Origin: Candidatus Heimdallarchaeota archaeon
Lineage (GTDB): Archaea; Asgardarchaeota; Heimdallarchaeia; Heimdallarchaeales; Heimdallarchaeaceae
Direction of reading: 5' to 3'
Assembly (NCBI GenBank): GCA_021399345.1
Contig: JAAFKI010000154.1
Location: forward strand, 24,498-88,497
Length of the DNA: 64,000 nt
Shown: positions 1 to 10,786 of the stretch, one piece after another
How positions within the stretch are numbered: position 1 is the first letter of the stretch
Layout: the number at the start of each line of letters is the position of its first letter
Notes under the pieces: model-generated
Database searches by the model: none
What the model saw: the letters and a program-made list of their open reading frames with translations, nothing else
Told to the model about the DNA's origin: nothing
Translations under genes and position numbers: made by a program

Positions 1-216
1 ATTGATGAGATATTTCTGGTTAAACAAGCTGATGCTTTTGAGATGTGTAGAAAAATGGCATTAATAGAAGGTATTCTAATTGGAATAAGCTCAGGAGCAG
101 TATGTGAGGCAGCAAAACAAATTTCGAAAAGAGTAGAGAATAAGAAAAAGAAAATTGTTGTTGTTTTAGCGGATACAGGACAAAGATACTTGAGTGTGGA
201 AGGATTATTTGTTTGA
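1..216 (+). CDS. cysK: Cysteine synthase, C-terminal fragment (runs off window start)
   Basis: Frame 1 reads IDEIFLVKQADAFEMCRKMALIEGILIGISSGA...VVVLADTGQRYLS, the typical CysK/CysM C-terminus; stop at 214-216. Confidence 0.85.
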   Translation: MDEIFLVKQADAFEMCRKMALIEGILIGISSGAVCEAAKQISKRVENKKKKIVVVLADTGQRYLSVEGLFV

Positions 217-229
217 TTTAAAAGAGGAG

Positions 230-307
230 TGGTGGGGCAGGGCGGATTCGAACCGCCGACTTCCTCCACGTCAAGGAGGTATCATAGCCAGGCTAGATCA
301 CTGCCCC
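230..307 (-). tRNA. tRNA-Val(GAC)
   Basis: Cloverleaf GGGGCAG...CCTCC-TT-GAC-GT-GGAGG...GTTCGAATC...CTGCCCC-ACCA. Confidence 0.96.
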
Positions 308-656
308 CTTTTATTGATAGGTCTTTCTTCGTTCTCTTCTTTCTTGTTTTCTTTAAATATTTTTTGTTACAAATCTTTGTTTCACCAATATTTGATATTT
401 TTTTCTTTTTGGTTCATTAAAATCTTCTTTTTTTTCATTCTAATTATTAATTTGATTTCTTCAAATTTGCTTGTTTTCTTTAATATTTTCTCCTTAAGAT
501 ACCATTTTGTCAAACTTTCGTTTTTTTCCGACTCAAAATCATATTCCAATCCTTGTTTCTTTTTTAAATATCACTAGGTAACATTTATAAAAACTTCAAC
601 AGACAATCTATCAAAGGAACAGTGATAAACTATTCTGTTCACTCGAGTGATTTATT

Positions 657-3272
657 ATGGATAAAAGTGTAGCAATGTCTCTAAAAATTGTTGGTTTTCT
701 CCTTATTCTTACTTCTGCCTGGGCACCTATATATACAATTACATTTGATGCAACAACAACTGAACCTGAACCAATTATTCTTGTTGGTTCTCAGAGCATT
801 ACTGGAGTCCTTAATAATGTATATTACGAAAATAATCTAGCATTTGTAGTAGATTCAGATACAGGGTTAAGTATTGTAAATGTAACTGATGCAACAACAC
901 CTGAGATTATTGGGACATACAATATTGCAAATGGGGCCAATGGTATATTCGTGAAGGATAACTATGCTTACATTGCAGATACGGTCACAGGATTACAGAT
1001 TGTTAATATTACTGACCCTACTTCACCAACACAAGTTGGTACATATAGTATTACAGGAGGGGCCACTGATGTATTTGTATCAGGAAATTATACTTACATT
1101 GTAGATTCAACAATAGGGTTTCAAATACTAAATATTAGTGACCCAACAACACCAACACAAGAGGGTGTATTTAGTATTTCAGGGGAAATAAACGGTTTAA
1201 TTGTAAAAGATGAATTCGCATATATTGTAGATTCAGTAACTGGTTTACGTATTCTAAATGTTACTGACGCAACTTTACCAAGCTTGGTTGCAACCTTCGA
1301 TGTAAACGAACCAGTATATGATGTAGCTGTTTTAGGAAGTTATGCTTACATTGTTGGTGAAAATATTGGCATACAAGTAGTAAATATAAGTAATCCTCAA
1401 TCTCCCGTTCTCACTAGTTCTTATTATATTGAAGGAAATGTCAATGGAATACATATTGAAAATGAACATGCATATATTGTTGATTCGACTGTTGGAATAC
1501 AAATTGTTTCAATTATAAATCCAGAAGAACTAACTATTGTAGGCTCACAGGAAATTACAGGAGAGATATATGGAATATTCGTAAAAGACGGATATGCATA
1601 TGTTGTAGGATCAGATCTAGAAATCTTTAGAGTAAGACCCAGATCTCAGTATGATTCATCAGGTACACTAGTACGAATCTTCGGTTTCAAAATCGATTAT
1701 AAAATGTTAACTTACAGTAGTGCAAACAACATCGCTCAAGAACGATTCCTGGAAGCTGAAATACCTAGTAGTGTTGTTATTCTTGCTGCAGCTTTGTGGT
1801 TTATACTAATCTTTGCCGTAGTTGCTGTTGTTCTAGGTCAGGTTTTCCAAAGTGGTGGCTTTAAATCGAGGGGTACATTTGCAGATATTGCTGCAGGTAT
1901 TCTTTTACTTATGGCCCTGGTAATCGCTATTCTATCAATGAGCCGGACAATGGCTATAGCAGCTGAAAGATATCAAGCTTTAGTAACGGGACAAACTGCA
2001 GCCTCAACGGCGCCTGTTACGTTTAACCCGAATGATACTTCACCATCTTACTTTGACATTGGTTTAACAGGTTTAATTGGACCTGGATTCTACATATTCA
2101 CTATTGGAATATTAATGATGGTAACTGGTATTTTTCTACCAGTCAATTGGCAACAAACAACCAGCTCCAAAATGTCAAGAAGAATTGGTGATACTGGTGT
2201 TCTTAGATGGGTAAAAAACATAGCATCATTAAGATTAACTACTTACGTTACCCGTAGATTATTAACTCTTATTCCTCTCTTCATTGCAATATGTGTGATG
2301 ACGTTTGTAATGGTAAACGGAATGGGTGATCCAGTAGCCTTGTTACTACTTGGAAAACAAAGAGTAACGGAACAAGATAGGATAAATCTTACTAAAAAAC
2401 TTGGTTTAGATCAGCCCGTTTATGTTCAATTCGTGTCCTGGTTTTACAACCTCATACGTGGTGATATGGGTATAAGTTTCCAATCAGGTCAATCAATTAA
2501 TAATATGATTGGTGGATTAATTTGGGAAACTCTAAAGCTTCAATTAGCATCATTTGCACTAGCTTTGATTATTTCGATACCTTTGGGTGTTTTGGCAGCA
2601 AAGAATCAAAACACATGGATTGATTCAGCCGCTAGTTCTTTCGCACTCTTAGGTCTCTCAATGCCAATTTTTGTGTTTGGTTTATTATTGATTTATATAT
2701 TCAGCGGATATGGTTTAGGATGGTTCCCAGCTGCAAAAGCTCACCGAATACCGACGCCGACGCCTGTATTTAGTCAAACGAACTGGCAATTATTCTGGTC
2801 AGGGCAGTGGGGCGGTGTTGGTGGATTTTGGAATAATGTAGGTGTAAGATTAGGGGATTCACTCCTTCATATGGCTTTACCAACTATTACTTTGACATTC
2901 GCTTTCTTAGCCCTATATACTAGATTAGTTAGGTCAACAATGCTTGAAGTTCTTAGACAAGATTATGTCTTATCTGCAAGAGCAAATGGATTATCTGAAA
3001 GAACCATTACATGGAAACATGCATTCAGAAATGTTTTGATCCCTGTAGTAACCTATATTGGGTTGTTTATGGCTACAGCTTTAGCTGGGGCCCCAATTAC
3101 TGAAACACTCTTCACATGGCCTGGCTTAGGATTCAAGTATGTAGGTGCGGTGCTTCTTTTGGACTTCCCAATGGTCTTGGGTACGACGGCAGTCCTAACG
3201 TTACTTATCTTACTAGGTAATTTGATAACAGATGTTGCTTACGTTGCGGTAGATCCTCGTATAGAACTATGA
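657..3272 (+). CDS. Peptide/nickel ABC transporter permease (DppB/OppB) fused to N-terminal LVIVD-repeat domain and extra TM helices
   Basis: About 7 repeats of YAYIVDS..GLQIVNI.DP..P..VG at aa ~45-326; C-terminal DppB with TRLVRSTMLEVLRQDYVLSARANGL (EAA loop) and DPRI end. Confidence 0.9.
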   Translation: MDKSVAMSLKIVGFLLILTSAWAPIYTITFDATTTEPEPIILVGSQSITGVLNNVYYENNLAFVVDSDTGLSIVNVTDATTPEIIGTYNIANGANGIFVKDNYAYIADTVTGLQIVNITDPTSPTQVGTYSITGGATDVFVSGNYTYIVDSTIGFQILNISDPTTPTQEGVFSISGEINGLIVKDEFAYIVDSVTGLRILNVTDATLPSLVATFDVNEPVYDVAVLGSYAYIVGENIGIQVVNISNPQSPVLTSSYYIEGNVNGIHIENEHAYIVDSTVGIQIVSIINPEELTIVGSQEITGEIYGIFVKDGYAYVVGSDLEIFRVRPRSQYDSSGTLVRIFGFKIDYKMLTYSSANNIAQERFLEAEIPSSVVILAAALWFILIFAVVAVVLGQVFQSGGFKSRGTFADIAAGILLLMALVIAILSMSRTMAIAAERYQALVTGQTAASTAPVTFNPNDTSPSYFDIGLTGLIGPGFYIFTIGILMMVTGIFLPVNWQQTTSSKMSRRIGDTGVLRWVKNIASLRLTTYVTRRLLTLIPLFIAICVMTFVMVNGMGDPVALLLLGKQRVTEQDRINLTKKLGLDQPVYVQFVSWFYNLIRGDMGISFQSGQSINNMIGGLIWETLKLQLASFALALIISIPLGVLAAKNQNTWIDSAASSFALLGLSMPIFVFGLLLIYIFSGYGLGWFPAAKAHRIPTPTPVFSQTNWQLFWSGQWGGVGGFWNNVGVRLGDSLLHMALPTITLTFAFLALYTRLVRSTMLEVLRQDYVLSARANGLSERTITWKHAFRNVLIPVVTYIGLFMATALAGAPITETLFTWPGLGFKYVGAVLLLDFPMVLGTTAVLTLLILLGNLITDVAYVAVDPRIEL

Positions 3273-3289
3273 TAAACAGGTGATATGAG

Positions 3290-4567
3290 TTGCAAAAAAC
3301 TAAGAAAACACAAAAAGGGTCTTTTTCTAAAAGACTTAATAATTACTTAGTAGAAAAAAGATTACCAAGATCTATGTCTTGGGCCGGAGCGCTAGCTGTG
3401 CTCTGGCAGCACTACTACCTTAACTATATCGTACAATTCTTAGGTATTTTCTTAATATTTGGAATTGGATTACCATATGGTCTTATGGCATTCGGAGTTT
3501 CCATGAGTGTAGACGGTGTTCGACTAGGACCAATTGGATCTCCATACGCGTATTTCATCTATGTAATAATTGTTGCATTAGTATGGGTTGGTGTAAAGGT
3601 AGGTTGGAGGTATTACAAGAAGGTAACTGGTAAGAAGGAGATGATTATTGCAAAAGATGGAACTCTTCGAGAAAGAAGTCCTTCTCAATGGACACTTGTT
3701 TGGAGAAGATATAGGAAAAACAAAGTTGCAGTCTTATCAGCTACTCTCGTAGTTGGAATTACACTTTTAGCAATTATTTATCCAATCTTGATGCCTTTTA
3801 GTCCTGTAGGAACTACCCCCCTGTTTGATGCATGGAATGGCGGTGGTTCTTTAGCTAATCCAAATCTAAAGTATCCTGGAGGAACAGATATTCTTGGAAG
3901 AGATGAATTCTCAAGGTTACTCGCTGGTAGTGAAGTATCCTTAACTGTAGGACTATTCTCAACTGTCATGTCTGTTTTAATAGGGGTGACATTAGGTGCC
4001 CTTGCTGGATACTATAGAGGATGGACTGAAGAAGTAATTATGAGAATTACAGACATGTTTCTTGCTCTACCATTTCTTGTAATAGCAATTCTAGCAGTTT
4101 CATTCATCAGAAGAGGAAGATTAGTATTTTTGAGACGGATACCACAATCAATAGTTATTATAATTGTACTGGGAATATTTGGTTGGGCAGGATTATGTAG
4201 GTTAGTTACGGCTAACACGAAGCAGATATACAACTTAGATTATGTAAATGCTGCAAGAGTATTAGGAGCAAGTAATCGGAGAATCATTTTGGTTCATATA
4301 CTACCTAACATTTTAGCCCCCATCATCGTTATTGCAACAATATCTATTGCTGGAGGAATTCTCTCAGAAGCAGGATTGACCTTTTTAGGTTTAGGGAGTC
4401 CAACGACGATCTCTTGGGGACAGATGGTTAATGAAGCACAAACGGTTCTGAAAACGAACCCAGAATTAGCGCTTCTACCAGGATTCGCAATATTCTTTGT
4501 TGTACTGGCATTTAACTTGCTAGGAGACGCATTAAGAGATGCGCTAGATCCAAGGTTAAGAGAGTGA
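3290..4567 (+). CDS. Peptide ABC transporter permease (DppC/OppC) with N-terminal extension
   Basis: GTDILGRD, DYVNAARVLGA, HILPN, GDALRDALDPR motifs. Confidence 0.92.
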   Translation: MQKTKKTQKGSFSKRLNNYLVEKRLPRSMSWAGALAVLWQHYYLNYIVQFLGIFLIFGIGLPYGLMAFGVSMSVDGVRLGPIGSPYAYFIYVIIVALVWVGVKVGWRYYKKVTGKKEMIIAKDGTLRERSPSQWTLVWRRYRKNKVAVLSATLVVGITLLAIIYPILMPFSPVGTTPLFDAWNGGGSLANPNLKYPGGTDILGRDEFSRLLAGSEVSLTVGLFSTVMSVLIGVTLGALAGYYRGWTEEVIMRITDMFLALPFLVIAILAVSFIRRGRLVFLRRIPQSIVIIIVLGIFGWAGLCRLVTANTKQIYNLDYVNAARVLGASNRRIILVHILPNILAPIIVIATISIAGGILSEAGLTFLGLGSPTTISWGQMVNEAQTVLKTNPELALLPGFAIFFVVLAFNLLGDALRDALDPRLRE

Positions 4568-4571
4568 TACA

Positions 4572-5609
4572 ATGGCACAAAATAAAAAAATACTAGACTT
4601 ACGAAATATTTACACCTATTTTTACACTGAATCAGGTGTCGTTGAAGCCTTAGATGGTGTTTCCTTCGATGTTAATTATGGTGAACCAGTTGGTATTGTT
4701 GGTGAATCAGGCTGTGGTAAAACTGTCACTGCCCACTCCACTTTGCGTATCTTACCTAAAAATGGTAAAACTGTTGCTGGTGAAATAATTTACAAGGGTG
4801 TAAACCTTCTTGATTTACCTGATCTTCAAATGAGAAGGATACGTGGTAAAGAAATAGCTATGATTTTCCAAGATCCTATGACAAGCTTGAATCCAATCTT
4901 CAAAGTATCTGATCAGATGACTGAAGTCATTGCTTTGCATAGAAGATGTGATAAGAAAGAAGCTCTAGAGATTGCTATTGAAACTCTGGATCTAGTAGGA
5001 ATTTCTGAAGCTGAAAAACGTATTACTGATTATCCTCACCAATTTAGTGGAGGAATGCGTCAGAGAATCCTTATAGCCAGAGCACTTGCTCTTCAACCCA
5101 GTCTTTTGATTGCTGACGAACCTACAACTGCTTTAGATGTTACAATTCAAGCACAGGTTCTTGAAATCATCAAAGAGATGCAACAAAAGCTAGGGTTAGC
5201 TATGATGCTCATTACTCATAATCTTGGAGTTGTTGCAGAAACTACAAAACGAGTTCATATTTTCTATGGTGGTCGTGTGGTTGAATCTGGGCCAACAGAT
5301 GATATATTCCTTGATCCCAAACATCCATACACATATGCACTCTTTGAGAGTATTCCATCTCTGGAAAAAGACAAGACACGTCTTGAAACAATTCCTGGTA
5401 ATGTACCAAGATTGATTAATCCCCCAAAGGGATGTCGTTTCCATCCAAGATGTAAATATGCAACTGAAATTTGTTCTCGTGTTCGACCTCCTGAATTTAA
5501 GTTCGGCAAGGGTCGTCGTGTTGCTTGTCATCATTTCGAGGAACTAGATTTGCATATAGATATGGAATCTATACGTGAAAGTAGAAAAGCTGTAAAGGAG
5601 GAAGCATAA
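4572..5609 (+). CDS. Peptide ABC transporter ATPase (DppD/OppD)
   Basis: GESGCGKT, FSGGMRQR, IADEPTTALD, C-terminal GCRFHPRC. Confidence 0.95.
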   Translation: MAQNKKILDLRNIYTYFYTESGVVEALDGVSFDVNYGEPVGIVGESGCGKTVTAHSTLRILPKNGKTVAGEIIYKGVNLLDLPDLQMRRIRGKEIAMIFQDPMTSLNPIFKVSDQMTEVIALHRRCDKKEALEIAIETLDLVGISEAEKRITDYPHQFSGGMRQRILIARALALQPSLLIADEPTTALDVTIQAQVLEIIKEMQQKLGLAMMLITHNLGVVAETTKRVHIFYGGRVVESGPTDDIFLDPKHPYTYALFESIPSLEKDKTRLETIPGNVPRLINPPKGCRFHPRCKYATEICSRVRPPEFKFGKGRRVACHHFEELDLHIDMESIRESRKAVKEEA

Positions 5610-6647
5610 ATGACTTCACTTGAAGAATATGAAACAATTGATCTCTTCTCCAATTGGGACCAAAAAACACAATCTATATTAACACTTGATAACCTAAAGA
5701 AATGGTTTCCTGTAAGTCAACAGTCAATCCTTTTCTCTCGAGTGGTTGCAAATATTAAGGCTGTTGATGGTGTAAACCTATTTCTTAACAAGGGTGAAAC
5801 TCTGGGTCTAGTTGGTGAATCAGGCTGTGGCAAAAGTACAACAGCCAGAGTTGCTGTCAAGTTAGAAGAACCTACCGAGGGTTCTGTTTATTTCAAAGGA
5901 ATAGACATCTTCCAACCTATGTCTCGTGAAGAAGAACTAGCTGTTAAACGTCAATTACAGATGGTTTTCCAAGATCCTTATTCCAGTTTGAATCCAAGGA
6001 GAATGGTTCTTGATCTAATCAAAGAGCCTTTTGATATACATTATCCAGATATGCTCTATGAAGAAAAAGAATCAAGAGTCCTTGAAATTCTTGCAAAGGT
6101 AGGATTAGAAGATTACCATGCTTTAAGATATCCTCACGAGTTCAGTGGTGGTCAAAGACAAAGATTAGGTATTGCAAGGTCTTTAGCAATTCATCCTGAA
6201 GTAATTTTATTAGATGAACCAGTTTCAGCTCTTGATGTCTCAGTACAGGCACAAATCTTGAATCTTCTACATGATTTGCAAAAGGATTTCGATCTAACTT
6301 TCATGTTTATTGCACATGATCTCAGTGTTATCAAACATGTTTCAGATAGAGTAGCCGTAATGTACCTAGGAAAAATCATGGAAATGTGTCCAACAGGAGA
6401 ATTGTTCCGTAAGACAGCTCATCCCTATTCAGTATCTTTGCTATCAGCTATTCCTCGTCCAGATCCTCGTATAAAGATGGATCGTATAATTCTTGAGGGC
6501 GATGTTCCAAGTGCAATTAATCCTCCTACAGGATGCCCATTTCACCCAAGATGTTACAAGGCTCAAGAGATATGCTCGAAAGTTACTCCTGAATTAGAGG
6601 AAATAGAACCACATCACTACGTTTCATGTCATTTTCCAGAAATTTAA
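5610..6647 (+). CDS. Peptide ABC transporter ATPase (DppF/OppF)
   Basis: [38 protein letters not shown]. Confidence 0.95.
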   Translation: MTSLEEYETIDLFSNWDQKTQSILTLDNLKKWFPVSQQSILFSRVVANIKAVDGVNLFLNKGETLGLVGESGCGKSTTARVAVKLEEPTEGSVYFKGIDIFQPMSREEELAVKRQLQMVFQDPYSSLNPRRMVLDLIKEPFDIHYPDMLYEEKESRVLEILAKVGLEDYHALRYPHEFSGGQRQRLGIARSLAIHPEVILLDEPVSALDVSVQAQILNLLHDLQKDFDLTFMFIAHDLSVIKHVSDRVAVMYLGKIMEMCPTGELFRKTAHPYSVSLLSAIPRPDPRIKMDRIILEGDVPSAINPPTGCPFHPRCYKAQEICSKVTPELEEIEPHHYVSCHFPEI

Positions 6648-6738
6648 TTTATTACTTTTTTCTTTTCTTTTCTTTTTATTTTTGAATTAACTCTGAACAA
6701 TAGAGAGTCTTTTAACTTTATTCGATAAAAACACCCTA

Positions 6739-7317
6739 ATGCATGGGTCACAATATTTCAAGAAACGAATTTATACTTTCAAAGCATTCAGGCGAGATGC
6801 TTCCAAAATATTCAGAAATAGATCTCAGATTAAAGAATCTAGGAAATCAGAGAGACTGTCTCCACAGTTCAGAGAGCGAATTATGTTAGCTGTAACAGCT
6901 GTTTATGGTTGTAGATATTGTGAATGGGGTCATACAAAATCAGCATTAAATCTTGGGTGTACAGAAGAAGAGATAGAACAGATTATGAGGTACGATTTCG
7001 GCTCTTGTGACCCTGATGAAGTTATAGGTCTTGCTTATGCCCAACACTATGCTGAATCAGGTGGATCACCAGCAGAAGACGCAAAACAGAAATTATTGGA
7101 ATTTTATGGTGAACAAAAGGCTCGAGACATTCAACTATACATAGATATGGTTACAATAGGGAACTTACTTGGAAATACAGTAGATGCTTTTGAAAGTAGA
7201 CTAAAGGGTTTACCACCAGAGAATGGATCGTTTCTATTTGAGTTGTTACTCTATTCCTTAGGTTTTCCTTTTGTTATTATCTTCAATAGAAAAGAGAAAA
7301 AGAAACGTAAAAATTAG
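6739..7317 (+). CDS. AhpD/carboxymuconolactone decarboxylase family protein
   Basis: ERIMLAVTAVYGCRYCEWGH (CxxCxxxH) signature. Confidence 0.8.
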   Translation: MHGSQYFKKRIYTFKAFRRDASKIFRNRSQIKESRKSERLSPQFRERIMLAVTAVYGCRYCEWGHTKSALNLGCTEEEIEQIMRYDFGSCDPDEVIGLAYAQHYAESGGSPAEDAKQKLLEFYGEQKARDIQLYIDMVTIGNLLGNTVDAFESRLKGLPPENGSFLFELLLYSLGFPFVIIFNRKEKKKRKN

Positions 7318-8348
7318 TAGCCTTCTTCAAGATTTACCTCATTCAAGAATTTCTTTTTACCTTTTGCAAATCTACGTATATTTTCTATTTGTTCATCCCA
7401 TCTTTTTAGATCACCCATAGGTGATGCACCTCTATGAGGGGACAAAATGACATTGTCTAGTTCATGAAAAGGATATGAGGAAGGATATTTTTTCCCTTTG
7501 TCATCTTCTTCTGGTTGATAATTATACCAAACATCGATAGCAGCACCAGTTATTTTGCCTTCCTTCAAGGCTTCAAATAAGCTCTTCTCATCAATGATTG
7601 ACCCTCTACCTACATTAACAAGTAAACTATCTTCCCCTAGTAATTCAAGTTCTTTTTCTTGGATTAAACCTTCGGTTACAGATGTTAAAGGTAAGGCAAC
7701 AACTAGAATATCAATTTCTCTCAGGAATTTCGGAAGGTCCTCAAAAGAATACTGCTCTGCAGGAGTGACTAAAGGTTTTATTTGTTTGCTCCAATTATTT
7801 CTTAGAATGGAAAAATCGATATCGAATCCAGACAGAAAAGTGTGTACTAATCTATTAACTGCTCCATATCCTAGTAAACCTACTTTTCTTCCACGTAGAG
7901 GTATAGAAGTAGCAAATGAATCACCTCTTCTCCAATGACCCTCAACCATCCAATTATGGTGAAGAATCACCTTGTTCATTAGAGCCAATAAGATTGCTAC
8001 AACATGTTGTGCAGTAAAGTAGGCATTACCATGTCCATTGACTAAAGTTATCTTTCTATTTGTTGTTACTTCTCTGAAAAGAGGAACAAGATGTTGTACT
8101 CCTGCTCCTGGATTAATGAAAAGTTGAAGCTTGGTAGCTGCATTAAGTAATTCTTTAGAGGGACGCCACCCCATTATTATATCAGCTTCTGGAACAAGTT
8201 CTAGCAAATTTTGTTCAGAAAGATCTTCAGGAAAAACTAGATTGACATTGGGATATACTTTTAGTCCTTCTTCCAGATAATTTCTTAAAATATCGTTTGG
8301 TTTCCAGATACAAAGAACACTTACTTCTTTTTCACTCATTATTGACAT
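7314..8348 (-). CDS. D-isomer-specific 2-hydroxyacid dehydrogenase
   Basis: GLLGYGAV, LPLT, NVGRG, AAIDVW, LSPH motifs. Confidence 0.9.
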   Translation of the reverse strand: MSIMSEKEVSVLCIWKPNDILRNYLEEGLKVYPNVNLVFPEDLSEQNLLELVPEADIIMGWRPSKELLNAATKLQLFINPGAGVQHLVPLFREVTTNRKITLVNGHGNAYFTAQHVVAILLALMNKVILHHNWMVEGHWRRGDSFATSIPLRGRKVGLLGYGAVNRLVHTFLSGFDIDFSILRNNWSKQIKPLVTPAEQYSFEDLPKFLREIDILVVALPLTSVTEGLIQEKELELLGEDSLLVNVGRGSIIDEKSLFEALKEGKITGAAIDVWYNYQPEEDDKGKKYPSSYPFHELDNVILSPHRGASPMGDLKRWDEQIENIRRFAKGKKKFLNEVNLEEGY

Positions 8349-8371
8349 GAAAAGATTACTTGATTTTAACC

Positions 8372-8407
8372 TTTAGTTTATAACTGCCTTTTAGTTTATA
8401 ACTGCCT
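8372..8407. repeat. Perfect 18-bp tandem duplication in a divergent promoter region
   Basis: TTTAGTTTATAACTGCCT at 8372-8389 and 8390-8407. Confidence 0.9.
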
Positions 8408-8486
8408 ATGTATCTTACTAATTGATAACTAGAAGAGTGTATGAAAATGTCAAGGGTAAAGATATCTGTTATTAAAAATAGTTCAG

Positions 8487-9344
8487 GTGATTAAAATGAA
8501 ATTTGGTTATACATTAGAAAACTTTGACATGAATTTAGAAAGAGATTTATTAATTGAAACTGCTAAAATTGCAGAAAAAGCAGGTTTTGAATCTCTTTGG
8601 ACTGTTGATCATATCATGCAATCTGATGAAAAAGGTTTGACAATCTATGGAAATACTACTACTGCACTCTACAATAATATTGCTGAACCCTTAACAACGA
8701 TAGCTTTTCTCGCAGGACATACAAATAAAATTAAATTTGGAGTTTCTACTCTAGTTCTTCCTATAAGGAATCCCATTATTGTTGCTAAACAGTTAGCTAC
8801 TTTAGATTATTTAACTAATGGAAGAATTGTAATGACATTCGGTGCGGGATGGAATGAATCTGAATTTGGCTTTCTTGGAGAAAATTACAAGAAACGAGGA
8901 AGCAAACTTCGAGAATGTCTTCAGATTATAAGAGCCTTATGGAATGGTGAAACTTCATTTGAAGGAAATTATTATCAATTCCAAAACGTATGTTTCCAGC
9001 CTTTAAGACCTGAACTTTCCAAATTACCCTTAATTGTCGCAGGAACATCTGACTATATGATAGAAACAGCAATAGTATATGGTGATGGGTTACATCCAGC
9101 TGGTGCAAGTGGGCAGGAAATCAAACAGATAATTGCACCTTATCAAGATAGATTAAATGGTAGAGATTTCTATTTATCAGTTCATGTTGACATTTACAGA
9201 GATACGAATCTGGAAAAATTAGTTAACGATTATGAAGAAAATGGAATTCATAGAGTCATTTTTGATCTATCCAGAGGAGATATCAAGCCAGAAGAAAGAA
9301 TAGAGTTTCTAGAACGATTAAGTGATTATGTAAGAAACTTTTAA
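8487..9344 (+). CDS. Luciferase-like (LLM class) oxidoreductase, probably F420-dependent
   Basis: AEKAGFESLWTVDH, RNPIIVAKQLATLD..TNGR, GAGWNESEF. Confidence 0.88.
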   Translation: MIKMKFGYTLENFDMNLERDLLIETAKIAEKAGFESLWTVDHIMQSDEKGLTIYGNTTTALYNNIAEPLTTIAFLAGHTNKIKFGVSTLVLPIRNPIIVAKQLATLDYLTNGRIVMTFGAGWNESEFGFLGENYKKRGSKLRECLQIIRALWNGETSFEGNYYQFQNVCFQPLRPELSKLPLIVAGTSDYMIETAIVYGDGLHPAGASGQEIKQIIAPYQDRLNGRDFYLSVHVDIYRDTNLEKLVNDYEENGIHRVIFDLSRGDIKPEERIEFLERLSDYVRNF

Positions 9345-9371
9345 ACTATTTGTGAATCAAATGTCATTTAG

Positions 9372-10667
9372 ATGATGTTTGATAAAGAATTAATTGAGCA
9401 AATTAGAACAGCCTTTCCTAGAGCAGTTTCTGATTTCAATGGACGGAAGCGTGCTTTCTTTGATAATGGTACAGCAACACTTGTTGTTGATAAAGCAGCA
9501 AAAGCTGAAACTGAAGCTCGAATCAATTGGAGTGCTAATGTAGGTGGTATTTTTGACGAGTCCAGAAAAGCAAGTGAAATTATCCTTGCGGGGAGACAAT
9601 CGGTAGCAGATTTCTTAAACACTCCCGACCCATCAACTATCATCTCTGGAGAATCTGCGACTTCATTGCTCTTTAACTTAAGCTACGCTCTTGGCAAAGA
9701 ACTTACTGGTAATGAAAATGTTGTTACAACAGATTATGAGCATTATACTAACGTAGACCCTTGGGTAGAACTGAATAAACGTGGAAAAATCAAGAAGGTT
9801 CGATTTGCCAAGCTGAACATGGAAGAAGGTACACTCAATATGGATCACTTACAAGAATTGATAGATTCTAACACAAAAATTGTTACCATTACAGCTGCTT
9901 CGAACATGCTGGGAACAAAAAGTCCTTTAGAAAAGATTGGAAAATTGGCACGAGAAGTTGGTGCACACTTTATAGTGGATGCAGTACATCACATTCCTCA
10001 TGGCCCAACTGATGTTCAAGCTTTAGACTGTGACTTTCTTGTTTTTTCAGGATACAAACTCTTTACTTCTCATGGTAGTTTTCTCTATGGTAAAAAAGAG
10101 CATCTTGAAAATCTTCAACCTTTCAAGGTAAGAACAGCTCCCAAAACTTCTCCTGGCAAATTCGAGTGGGGAACTAGGAATCAAACAACATTCGCAGCTT
10201 TTAGTGGTGTTATTGATCATTTTCTTTGGTTATCAAAAGAAGTTCAATCCAAGTACGAAAATGAATTCTCGAATTTTGATGAAAATAAGCGTGCATTGAA
10301 GATTGCAATGGATGCAATAGAACAGTACGAAACAGAATTTTCCAAAGCCATCCTTACTGGATTTGATGACATCCCAGGTTTGCTAGACATGCCAAAAGTA
10401 ACAGTATACGGATTGACTGACCTAAACCGATTAGACGAAAGAGACCCAACCTTTTCCTTTGAAGTAGAAAACATTCCTGAAGAAGAAGTAGTTAAACGCC
10501 TTTGGAAGGAAGGAGGGATAGCTGCTCGCGCAGGTCACTATTATTCATATGCTCAAGATATCTATAATAAGCAGAAGATTATCAGAATTAGTTTAGTTCA
10601 CTACAATACAATAGAAGAAATCAGGCTATTCTTGAAAACCTTGGATTCAATATGCAAATCAAGATAA
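9372..10667 (+). CDS. Class V PLP aminotransferase, cysteine desulfurase-like (catalytic Cys absent)
   Basis: FFDNG, VDAVH, FSGYK (PLP Lys), FEWGT; RAGHYY where SufS has RxGHHC. Confidence 0.85.
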   Translation: MMFDKELIEQIRTAFPRAVSDFNGRKRAFFDNGTATLVVDKAAKAETEARINWSANVGGIFDESRKASEIILAGRQSVADFLNTPDPSTIISGESATSLLFNLSYALGKELTGNENVVTTDYEHYTNVDPWVELNKRGKIKKVRFAKLNMEEGTLNMDHLQELIDSNTKIVTITAASNMLGTKSPLEKIGKLAREVGAHFIVDAVHHIPHGPTDVQALDCDFLVFSGYKLFTSHGSFLYGKKEHLENLQPFKVRTAPKTSPGKFEWGTRNQTTFAAFSGVIDHFLWLSKEVQSKYENEFSNFDENKRALKIAMDAIEQYETEFSKAILTGFDDIPGLLDMPKVTVYGLTDLNRLDERDPTFSFEVENIPEEEVVKRLWKEGGIAARAGHYYSYAQDIYNKQKIIRISLVHYNTIEEIRLFLKTLDSICKSR

Positions 10668-10670
10668 CAC

Positions 10671-10786
10671 TCAACTCTAACAGAAATAAGTTAGATGGAA
10701 AAAGGAAGCTAGCGCTACTAAGCTTGCCATATCATTAATAAGAATGCAACGTCTGAACCACCAAGCAGAGTAGGCAAGCTAACTTC
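10671..10786 (-). ncRNA. Candidate small RNA, panhandle family copy A
   Basis: GAAGUUAGC/GCUAGCUUC terminal stem, TTTTTATA box 21 nt upstream, 3' hairpin shared with copy B; homologous to 31932-32007 and 37564-37655. Confidence 0.6.

Noticed and set aside
194-577. ORFs 194..577 and 229..420
   Set aside because: Antisense to tRNA-Val and running through a T-rich intergenic tract; Phe-rich artefacts
617-640. GAACAG-N12-CTGTTC inverted repeat upstream of the ABC operon
   Set aside because: Single 6-bp arm pair, too weak to call an operator
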